DNA of 34,411 nucleotides from positions 1-34,411 of the IMG/VR virus record IMGVR_UViG_3300031519_003546; one strand, 5' to 3'. The notes beneath the pieces are model-generated. The model searched no databases. It was not told where the DNA came from and saw only the letters and a program-made list of their open reading frames with translations. The DNA comes from a virus. Taxonomy: Duplodnaviria > Caudoviricetes. Made by a program: the position numbers and the translations under genes. Position 1 is the stretch's first letter, and each line of letters begins with the position of its first letter. Of this stretch, positions 1 through 6,602 are shown one piece after another.

Positions 1-2
1 AG

Positions 3-947
3 TTACAGGCAAATGTTCTACACCATTTAATAAACGGAACAAGTCCAGTTCAACCTGTGTGGGCTCCAGCAGCGGAGCTCGGGGTTGCTTTACTTATAAT
101 TTTAATACTACTATTTGCATCGTGGCACGTATACTTATCAGCTCCAATATTCTTAGCGTCTATCGGCGCACTTATATATGGAACCTCGTATGCCTATCAA
201 TCTTCCTACTTATTAGACGTCTCTGGAACAATTTTAGTATCATTCCTTTTCTTTACTATCGTAACTTTCAGGAATTTTCTCCAGCAGTATTTCATGAGAA
301 TGGAAGTTAAAAAACAATTCGGCACGTACGTAAGCCCTGCCTTGGTAAAAAAGTTACAAAAAGACCCTTCACTACTGAGATTGGGTGGGGAGACAAAACG
401 ACTCACTTTTCTTTTTTCTGACATTCGAGGATTTACACCAATTTCTGAAAAATACCAATCAGACCCTCAAGGTCTTACTAGACTGATAAATCGTTTCCTA
501 GACAATCAGACTGAGATAATTCTCAAGCATGAAGGAACAATCGATAAATACATGGGAGATTGCATTATGGCTTTCTGGAATGCTCCATTAGATGTAGAAG
601 AACAAGAGAGAAAAGCTACAGAGTGCGCAATCGAAATGAGAATCGCACTAGGAGAACTAAATGAAAAACTCAGAGAAGAAGGCTTGGACGAAATTAATAC
701 GGGAGCGGGAATCAACTCAGGGCTTTGTGTCGTGGGAAACTTTGGAAGCAGTAGTCGTTTTGACTATTCCGTTCTTGGGGATTCTGTTAATTTGGCTGCT
801 AGACTAGAATCTAGCTGCAAAGACTATGACACAGACCTTATAATATCAGAACATAGCTTAGTAGACGGTTTTGACTATACCTACTTAGACAATGTAACAG
901 TCAAAGGAAAATCGGAACCAGTAAAGATATATACTATCACCAAGTGA
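3..947 (+). CDS. Membrane-anchored class III adenylate cyclase, 5'-truncated by the window edge (probably CHASE2-TM-cyclase architecture)
   Basis: The frame is open from nt 3 (LQANVLHHLING...), so the GTG at 57 is unlikely to be the true start. Three hydrophobic segments precede the cyclase motifs FSDIRGFT, DKYMGDCIMAFW, GAGINSG and FDYSVLGDSVNLAARLES. Confidence 0.92.
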   Translation, partial: LQANVLHHLINGTSPVQPVWAPAAELGVALLIILILLFASWHVYLSAPIFLASIGALIYGTSYAYQSSYLLDVSGTILVSFLFFTIVTFRNFLQQYFMRMEVKKQFGTYVSPALVKKLQKDPSLLRLGGETKRLTFLFSDIRGFTPISEKYQSDPQGLTRLINRFLDNQTEIILKHEGTIDKYMGDCIMAFWNAPLDVEEQERKATECAIEMRIALGELNEKLREEGLDEINTGAGINSGLCVVGNFGSSSRFDYSVLGDSVNLAARLESSCKDYDTDLIISEHSLVDGFDYTYLDNVTVKGKSEPVKIYTITK

Positions 948-957
948 AAAATATATC

Positions 958-986
958 TTGACATTTAGTGTCGATTTTGATATAAT
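958..986 (+). promoter_or_regulatory. Consensus sigma70-type promoter P1 (extended -10)
   Basis: TTGACA at 958-963, 17-nt spacer, TG-n-TATAAT with TATAAT at 981-986, an upstream A-tract, intergenic position. Confidence 0.9.
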
Positions 987-1029
987 TTACCTAATAGAAT
1001 TTTTAATTCAAAGAACTGGGATAACTTAC

Positions 1030-1254
1030 ATGAACACAGAAGAACAGAAAAATTCTGAAAATATTATACAACTGGATTTGAGAATGTCAACACACGAAGT
1101 AATGTGTGATGAACGCTGGAAGACTTGCTTTGCCAGGCTTGACGATTTAGATACTAATATTAGCAGACTCGAAACCATAGCTATAGGTGCTTGTGGCACT
1201 ATAATTGTGGGTAGCGTTGGTGTAATTATCAGCATCGTAATGATGGGCAGTTAA
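1030..1254 (+). CDS. Small coiled-coil protein with C-terminal TM helix (XhlA/holin-associated-like)
   Basis: The track's TTG start at 958 is the promoter -35 box, so the in-frame ATG at 1030 is preferred. HEVMCDERW plus heptads LDDLDTNISRLE, then a hydrophobic tail. Confidence 0.6.
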   Translation: MNTEEQKNSENIIQLDLRMSTHEVMCDERWKTCFARLDDLDTNISRLETIAIGACGTIIVGSVGVIISIVMMGS

Positions 1255-1267
1255 ATAGGAAAGACAT

Positions 1268-1873
1268 ATGAAAAATAAATTTTTAGCATTACTACTCGCT
1301 TGTAGTGTAACACCAGCTTTTGCAGGTGTAGACGCAGGAGTTAGCTATACTTCAGACTATATGTGGAGAGGGGCAACTCAAACCATGGGTCAAGGAGCAT
1401 GGCAAGGTAGAGTAGAAGTTGATAAAGGTGGCTTATACGGTGGTATATGGGCATCAGAAGTAGATTTTAATGATGAAGCTACATATGAAATGGACTTATA
1501 TTTAGGTTACAAGTTAGATTTAACTAGCATGTGGTCTGTAGATGTAGGTGTAGTTCAATATAACTATGACAAAGGATACGAAGACAAAGAAGAAATGTTT
1601 GTGAAAACAGGTTTCGGACTAGTCAGCGTAGGATACTTTGTCGACATGGCAGACTCAGATGAAGACTTCATGAAATTTAACGTAAGTGTACCATTTGTTA
1701 AGTGGGCAGACGTTTCTCTAGAATACGGAATGTGGGATAGAGATACGGATTATGCAGGCTTAACAGTTTCTAAATCATGGAATGATTGGAAAGTAGGAAT
1801 GATGATAATGGAAGAAGCAAGACAAGGTCAGTTCATGGACCACACTTCTTTAACCTTATCTAGAAGTTTCTAG
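1268..1873 (+). CDS. TorF-family (TIGR02001/Gcw_chp-like) putative outer-membrane beta-barrel porin
   Basis: Signal peptide ending AFA|G, motif TSDYMWRGATQT, EMDLYLGY, alternating beta-strand pattern, C-terminal Phe (LSRSF), RBS AGGA. Confidence 0.82.
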   Translation: MKNKFLALLLACSVTPAFAGVDAGVSYTSDYMWRGATQTMGQGAWQGRVEVDKGGLYGGIWASEVDFNDEATYEMDLYLGYKLDLTSMWSVDVGVVQYNYDKGYEDKEEMFVKTGFGLVSVGYFVDMADSDEDFMKFNVSVPFVKWADVSLEYGMWDRDTDYAGLTVSKSWNDWKVGMMIMEEARQGQFMDHTSLTLSRSF

Positions 1874-2299
1874 GTGGCATATTCTCAGAAAGTAGTTGAC
1901 AGATTTGAAGACGTACTAAAAAACCCTGAGAAGCATTCGGTTGGTCGGTTCGACCCTAAAGAACCAAATGTTGCGACAGGCATGGTGGGAGCACCAGCCT
2001 GTGGCGACGTGATGAAACTAGACTTAAAGCTAGACGATAACGATACAATAGTAGATGTTAAGTTTAAGACTTATGGTTGCGGTTCAGCAATAGCCTCCTC
2101 TACAATGTTTGTAGAGATGTTAAAAGGCAAAACTATAGAAGAAGCAAAATTAATAAAAGATAGAGACATCGCAGATGCTCTAGAACTTCCACCCATCAAG
2201 CTTCATTGCTCAGTACTAGCCGAAGGTGCTATTACTAGTGCGATAGAGTGTTGGGAAGAGAAGAAAGCAAAAAGGCGACATAACGGAGGCCCAATATGA
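1874..2299 (+). CDS. iscU: Fe-S cluster assembly scaffold IscU
   Basis: MAYS start, GMVGAPACGDVMKL, FKTYGCGSAIASS and LELPPIKLHCSVLAE; all three Cys plus the conserved Asp and His are present. Confidence 0.96.
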   Translation: MAYSQKVVDRFEDVLKNPEKHSVGRFDPKEPNVATGMVGAPACGDVMKLDLKLDDNDTIVDVKFKTYGCGSAIASSTMFVEMLKGKTIEEAKLIKDRDIADALELPPIKLHCSVLAEGAITSAIECWEEKKAKRRHNGGPI

Positions 2300-2505
2300 T
2301 AGATGGTTATACAACTAAAGAAATGAAACCAACAGAAATGAAGGAACCGAAACCAAGTGGGATGGGAAAACCAGAACATATGGAAGATGGTATGATATTT
2401 GAGAAGAATGGAATGTTTTTCTTTAAATGGAAAGGTGGAGAGTGCGGCTATGGAAGCATGGTTGACGCAGAAGCTGGATTAGTCAAAGTAAGTGGAAACG
2501 CTTAA
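2296..2505 (+). CDS. Hypothetical protein (69 aa)
   Basis: ATGA overlap with the iscU stop and RBS GGAGG upstream; no recognised motif. Confidence 0.7.
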   Translation: MIDGYTTKEMKPTEMKEPKPSGMGKPEHMEDGMIFEKNGMFFFKWKGGECGYGSMVDAEAGLVKVSGNA

Positions 2506-2740
2506 AGCATTTATAGCAAAAGTAGTTAAGTTTTACTACTGGTTTATAGACTGGTTCATTGTATATCAAGAACTCACTGTTAGCTATAATTCAACTTACG
2601 GAGATGCAGACGACCAAACTTTTGTAGTACGAAAGTTTTACAGAAAACAACCAAAGTTTTTAAAATTTAAGACAAGAGAAGGTGATACTGTAGAGATACG
2701 CGGAGCTGAAGGACTTAATTACAGGATATCAGAATTATGA
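2492..2740 (+). CDS. Hypothetical protein (82 aa)
   Basis: Tiles the gap between neighbours with short overlaps; amphipathic aromatic N-terminus and beta-rich C-terminus. Confidence 0.7.
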   Translation: METLKAFIAKVVKFYYWFIDWFIVYQELTVSYNSTYGDADDQTFVVRKFYRKQPKFLKFKTREGDTVEIRGAEGLNYRISEL

Positions 2741-3132
2741 ATCAATTATTTATAGGAATAATACTAGTACTAAGCTTAGGCAGTTACTACTTATACCAGG
2801 AAAACCAAACATTAGCAGCAAATAACATGCTATTAGAAGGTGCAGTAGCAACTCAGGAAGAAGCAATAGCTTCCCTGCAGTCTGACTTCGCACTACAGGC
2901 AGGTCAACTACAAGAGATGACTGTCAAAAGCCAAGCGGCACAAAGAGAGTTAAATAGATATACTCAATTTATACAAAATTACGAACTGGCAGCAAAAATC
3001 ATTGCAGACCCAGTAACAATGGAAAGGAAAATTAATAATGGAACAAAACACATTATGGAAGAAATCGAGAAACTTAGCGGTACCGTTGATGGTCTTGACG
3101 ATGGCTTGCAGTTGCAGCCTAATTCCAACTAA
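2737..3132 (+). CDS. Putative inner-membrane spanin (Rz-like)
   Basis: N-terminal TM helix followed by a long coiled coil; overlapped by a lipoprotein gene in another frame. Confidence 0.7.
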   Translation: MNQLFIGIILVLSLGSYYLYQENQTLAANNMLLEGAVATQEEAIASLQSDFALQAGQLQEMTVKSQAAQRELNRYTQFIQNYELAAKIIADPVTMERKINNGTKHIMEEIEKLSGTVDGLDDGLQLQPNSN

Positions 3133-3433
3133 ACAGATAGAGATTACAGCAAAGCCTCTGGAAAGAACTATAGTTCAACCAGTAATGCCTAGAGAAATCG
3201 ACTTACAAGACCCTACATGGATAGTCGTCAACCCTGATAACTGGGAAGACCAGTTAGCAAGAATAGAACAACAAGAGGGTGAACTTGTATTCTTAGCAAT
3301 GACCATACCAGATTATGAAGTTATGGCGTACAACATGCAAGAATTAAAAAGATACATCACAGAACTTAAAGACGTTGTAGTATACTATAGAGAAGTTACT
3401 ATGCCGCCTAAAGATGAGCCTACCAAAAAGTAG
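3038..3433 (+). CDS. Putative outer-membrane lipoprotein spanin (Rz1-like)
   Basis: Basic N-terminus, hydrophobic stretch and lipobox-like MACS|C, then a Pro-rich segment; the 5' 95 nt overlap the Rz-like gene. Confidence 0.7.
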   Translation: MEQNTLWKKSRNLAVPLMVLTMACSCSLIPTKQIEITAKPLERTIVQPVMPREIDLQDPTWIVVNPDNWEDQLARIEQQEGELVFLAMTIPDYEVMAYNMQELKRYITELKDVVVYYREVTMPPKDEPTKK

Positions 3434-3560
3434 ACTCAAAGTTTGCAGTACGTGTCCGTACTACAATCGCTTAAAGGTGTGTAAGGTATGTAAATGCTTT
3501 ATGCCTTTGAAAGCAAGAGTTAAGAGTGCTAAGTGCCCTCTTAAGCTATGGGAGAGATAG
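3414..3560 (+). CDS. Small Cys-rich metal-binding protein (48 aa; resembles DUF6171-type pattern)
   Basis: Not in the ORF track. Manual translation MSLPKSRLKVCSTCPYYNRLKVCKVCKCFMPLKARVKSAKCPLKLWER gives CxxC-x8-CxxCxC-x12-CP-x3-W and fills the gap exactly. Confidence 0.8.
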   Translation: MSLPKSRLKVCSTCPYYNRLKVCKVCKCFMPLKARVKSAKCPLKLWER

Positions 3561-3561
3561 C

Positions 3562-3714
3562 ATGATGGAATTAATAGGAACAGTTACTATGATAGTAACA
3601 GTAGCGAGCATAATAGCCGCTTCAACACCAACACCAAAAGACGATGTGTGGATTGGGAAGCTTTATAAGTTTATTGACTTATTAGCCCTAAACATCGGCA
3701 AGGCAAAACAATAA
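3562..3714 (+). CDS. Small membrane protein, possibly holin-like (50 aa)
   Basis: ATG at 3562 after RBS GGAG; N-terminal TM, TPTPKDD motif, amphipathic C-terminus. Confidence 0.65.
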   Translation: MMELIGTVTMIVTVASIIAASTPTPKDDVWIGKLYKFIDLLALNIGKAKQ

Positions 3715-3788
3715 TGCCATATCACACTAAGCCAAAGAAGAAAAAGAAAAAAGGTAAAAAGAAAAGAGGCATGAAATATGGCCGCTAA
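3714..3788 (+). CDS. Lys-rich micro-protein (24 aa)
   Basis: Not in the ORF track. TAATG coupling to the previous gene; MPYHTKPKKKKKKGKKKRGMKYGR. Confidence 0.6.
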   Translation: MPYHTKPKKKKKKGKKKRGMKYGR

Positions 3789-3885
3789 GCGTCGAAAGAA
3801 AGCGCCTAAAGGGTATCATTACATGCCTAATGGCAAGCTAATGAAAGGTACTAAACATGGCGGTAAGAAAAAGAAGAAGAAGTAA
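3778..3885 (+). CDS. Lys-rich micro-protein (35 aa)
   Basis: Not in the ORF track. MAAKRRKKAPKGYHYMPNGKLMKGTKHGGKKKKKK; GAGG upstream; overlaps both neighbours. Confidence 0.68.
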   Translation: MAAKRRKKAPKGYHYMPNGKLMKGTKHGGKKKKKK

Positions 3886-4045
3886 AGCTTCTGCCAAGAA
3901 ACGTAATATACCTACTAATAAAAAGTTGTATGCAAGGGTAAAAGCAAAAGTTAAAAGAAAGTTTGCTGTTTATCCTAGCGCATACGCTAATGCATCTCTT
4001 GTAAAACAATACAAGGCAGCAGGAGGTAAGTACAGACGTGGCTAA
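3857..4045 (+). CDS. Highly basic small protein (62 aa; resembles N-half of DUF5872-like viral proteins)
   Basis: KKLYARVK...YPSAYA...LVKQYKAAGGKY; no Asp or Glu. Family resemblance is from recall only. Confidence 0.78.
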   Translation: MAVRKRRRSKASAKKRNIPTNKKLYARVKAKVKRKFAVYPSAYANASLVKQYKAAGGKYRRG

Positions 4046-4322
4046 AGTTGGTTTAAAGAAATGGTTTGGCCAGAAGTGGGTAAACATAGGAGCCAAAAAA
4101 GTAAATGGTAGCTATCCTAAGTGTGGCAGACCGAAAGGTAAGCTAACTGGAAAAGGCTATCCTAAATGTGTACCAGCAGCAAAGGCTGCTAGAATGAGCA
4201 AAAGTCAGATTAAATCGGCAGTAAGTCGAAAGAGGTCTAAGAAGCAGGGAGTTGGTGGTAAGCCCACCATGGTTAGAACTGCTGCAAGGAGAAAGAGCCG
4301 TGCCAGCAAAAAGAAAAAGTAG
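4038..4322 (+). CDS. Highly basic small protein (94 aa; resembles C-half of DUF5872-like viral proteins)
   Basis: GTG start with AGGAGG upstream; GLKKWFGQKWV...KCGR...YPKCVP; no Asp or Glu. Confidence 0.78.
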   Translation: MAKVGLKKWFGQKWVNIGAKKVNGSYPKCGRPKGKLTGKGYPKCVPAAKAARMSKSQIKSAVSRKRSKKQGVGGKPTMVRTAARRKSRASKKKK

Positions 4323-4599
4323 TAAAAAGAGTACTCGTTTAAAAAGAGTGGGCGTATCGGGATATAATAAACCAAAGCGTACGCCCAACCACCGAACGAA
4401 GTCCCATGTAGTGGTAGCAAAAGTAGGAACTAAAGTTAAGACTATACGATTTGGGCAACAAGGAGTGTCAGGAGCAGGAAAATCTCCAAAATCAGCGGCA
4501 CAAAAGAAACGCAGAGCTTCATTCAAAGCTCGTCACGCCAAGAATATAGCTAGAGGCAAAATGTCGGCGGCTTATTGGGCAAATAAAGTAAAATGGTAA
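4300..4599 (+). CDS. Highly basic small protein (99 aa)
   Basis: The in-frame GTG at 4300 follows AGGAG and is preferred over 4252. IRFGQQG...RRASFKARH...SAAYWANKVKW; no Asp or Glu from this start. Confidence 0.78.
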   Translation: MPAKRKSSKKSTRLKRVGVSGYNKPKRTPNHRTKSHVVVAKVGTKVKTIRFGQQGVSGAGKSPKSAAQKKRRASFKARHAKNIARGKMSAAYWANKVKW

Positions 4600-4733
4600 A
4601 CAAAATTAAAGAAACAGCTTTAAAAGTTTGGAACATGGTAAATGGTAGAGACAAAAACCTTGATGGTAAAGTCGATATTAAAGATGCAATGTTAAGAGCT
4701 AAACAGAAAGCAAAGAAAACAAAGGAGAAATAA
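4593..4733 (+). CDS. Small protein with a single EF-hand/dockerin-like Ca-binding loop (46 aa)
   Basis: Not in the ORF track. MVNKIKETALKVWNMVNGRDKNLDGKVDIKDAMLRAKQKAKKTKEK; DxNxDGxVDxxD loop; the stop abuts the next ATG. Confidence 0.72.
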   Translation: MVNKIKETALKVWNMVNGRDKNLDGKVDIKDAMLRAKQKAKKTKEK

Positions 4734-4994
4734 ATGTCCATGAGATTATACGCAGCTGAAGCTGCATGTGGTACTACTGTGGGAGCAGCTTCTACTTTTG
4801 CGGATTCAACACAAGTAAGACTATTCAATAATAGTAGTGCTAACCAACTCGTAACAGTAGCAAACGCAGCAGATACAACACTAGGTACAATGACATTAGC
4901 AGATGGTGAAATAACAATCATCATGAAAGACCCAACTGACCAAATATTTGCCGCAGCTGCGACAGTATTAGGTACACCAGTTAAGTATAGCTAG
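4734..4994 (+). CDS. Hypothetical protein (86 aa), Ala/Thr-rich beta protein, possibly virion-associated
   Basis: Strong RBS AAGGAG; composition typical of small structural proteins. Confidence 0.75.
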   Translation: MSMRLYAAEAACGTTVGAASTFADSTQVRLFNNSSANQLVTVANAADTTLGTMTLADGEITIIMKDPTDQIFAAAATVLGTPVKYS

Positions 4995-5224
4995 TGCTAG
5001 ATAATTGGCTAAAAGACGTTGCAGAAACCGCAGCAGTCACCCTTGATGTATTAAACAAAAAGGCTGAAGAGCGCGGTGTTGTAACTCATGCCGATGAAAC
5101 AGTACAAAGCTTATGTATGGGATATCTATATCTATTAAATTTGTGCGACCAGAACCATATACTGGAAAGAAGAGACTTAGAAAGTCTTACAGACGTAATT
5201 AAAAAACATACAACAATTCATTAG
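4994..5224 (+). CDS. Hypothetical protein (76 aa), helical
   Basis: TAGTG coupling; lies immediately before the terminase. Confidence 0.68.
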   Translation: MLDNWLKDVAETAAVTLDVLNKKAEERGVVTHADETVQSLCMGYLYLLNLCDQNHILERRDLESLTDVIKKHTTIH

Positions 5225-5226
5225 AT

Positions 5227-6528
5227 ATGCTAGACATAAGTAGAACAGATATTATTAGCTCTGAATTAATGCAGTTTAACCAAGCCGAAAGGTTTATTAA
5301 ACTCCCTATATCAGAGTATATGAACCTATTAGGTATTGAACCTAATAGCTCACAGAAGGCATTAATCAATGCCATTAACAACCCGAAATATAGATTCGTG
5401 TGTGCCGCCTTATCAAGGCGTCAGGGAAAAACGTATATAGCAAATGTCATAGGACAACTTGTATCACTCGTGCCAGGCTCCAACATATTAATTATGTCAC
5501 CGAACTACTCTCTTTCACAAATATCCTTCGATTTACAAAGACAATTGATTAAACACTTTGACTTAGAAGTAACAAAAGATAATGCGAAAGATAAAGTTAT
5601 AGAACTATCTAATGGTTCTACTATACGTATGGGTTCTGTAAATCAGGTGGACTCTACAGTAGGTAGAAGTTATGACTTAATCATTTTTGACGAAGCCGCA
5701 CTGGCTGACGGAAAGGATGCTTTCAATGTGGCACTCAGACCAACATTGGATAAAGAGAACAGCAAGGCAGTATTTATTTCAACTCCAAGGGGGCGAAACA
5801 ACTGGTTTGCGGACTTCTACCACAGAGGGTTTAGTGATGAATTCCAAGATTGGTGTTCTATACGAGCTACCTATCATGAGAATCCTAGAATTAGTGAGCA
5901 AGACATAATAGAAGCAAAGAAAGCTATGTCATCATCAGAATTTTCACAAGAGTACTTAGCTGACTTTAATACTTATGAAGGACAGGTTTGGAACTTTAAT
6001 TTCGAAACTCAGGTGGGAGACTTCGAAAGATTAGACACTAGTAACATGGACGTCTTCGCAGGATTAGACGTAGGTTATAAAGACCCAACAGCACTATGTG
6101 TGATAGCATATGATTGGGACGTGCAAAAATACTACCTCATAGATGAATATATGGATGCTGAAAGAACTACTGAACAGCATGCTATAGAAATCAGAAAACT
6201 AATACAGAAACATAATATAGACTATATTTATATTGATTCTGCCGCACAGCAAACACGTTTTGACTTCGCTCAAAACTACGACATATCTACTATTAACGCT
6301 AAAAAATCTGTACTAGACGGTATAGGACAAGTAGCAGGTATAATAGATAATGACACGCTACACATAGACCAAAGATGTTCTCAATCATTATCATGTGTAG
6401 ACCAATACCAATGGGACCCCAACCCTAACTTAATGAGAGAAAAGCCAAGACACAATATGGCAAGTCACATGGCTGACGCGCTTAGATATGCGCTGTATAC
6501 CTTTGAGACCTCCGCCAACACATTTTAA
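5227..6528 (+). CDS. terL: Terminase large subunit (T5-like)
   Basis: Walker A SRRQGKT, Walker B LIIFDEAA, motif III ISTPRG, nuclease GLDVGYKDPTA and HMADALRYALY. Confidence 0.96.
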   Translation: MLDISRTDIISSELMQFNQAERFIKLPISEYMNLLGIEPNSSQKALINAINNPKYRFVCAALSRRQGKTYIANVIGQLVSLVPGSNILIMSPNYSLSQISFDLQRQLIKHFDLEVTKDNAKDKVIELSNGSTIRMGSVNQVDSTVGRSYDLIIFDEAALADGKDAFNVALRPTLDKENSKAVFISTPRGRNNWFADFYHRGFSDEFQDWCSIRATYHENPRISEQDIIEAKKAMSSSEFSQEYLADFNTYEGQVWNFNFETQVGDFERLDTSNMDVFAGLDVGYKDPTALCVIAYDWDVQKYYLIDEYMDAERTTEQHAIEIRKLIQKHNIDYIYIDSAAQQTRFDFAQNYDISTINAKKSVLDGIGQVAGIIDNDTLHIDQRCSQSLSCVDQYQWDPNPNLMREKPRHNMASHMADALRYALYTFETSANTF

Positions 6529-6555
6529 AAAGTATAACCTACCAAAAAATTGTTC

Positions 6556-6584
6556 TTGACAAAAAGGTGAAATTTTGGTATAAT
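6556..6584 (+). promoter_or_regulatory. Consensus sigma70-type promoter P2 (extended -10) for head/tail operon
   Basis: TTGACA at 6556-6561, 17-nt spacer, TG-g-TATAAT with TATAAT at 6579-6584, A-tract upstream, intergenic. Confidence 0.9.
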
Positions 6585-6602
6585 TTTCAGTAATAGGAAT
6601 TT

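Noticed and set aside
958-1029. TTG start and 24-aa N-terminal extension given by the ORF track
   Set aside because: The TTG is the -35 hexamer of promoter P1 and lies upstream of the predicted transcription start; ATG 1030 is the plausible start.
1-2299. Host chromosomal DNA flanking a prophage
   Set aside because: The cyclase, porin and iscU share strand, composition, tight packing and the phage-type promoter with the structural genes. No integrase, att site or remaining isc operon genes are seen.
3740-3885. AAG/AAA purine tracts as a simple-sequence repeat or slippage locus
   Set aside because: They are explained by poly-Lys coding with mixed codons, and each ORF has its own start and stop.
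3851-4924. Minus-strand ORFs (3851-4096, 4143-4526, 4205-4420, 4550-4924)
   Set aside because: They are antisense shadows of a fully tiled + strand. Their Phe/Leu richness mirrors the Lys codons, and they have no motifs or RBS support.
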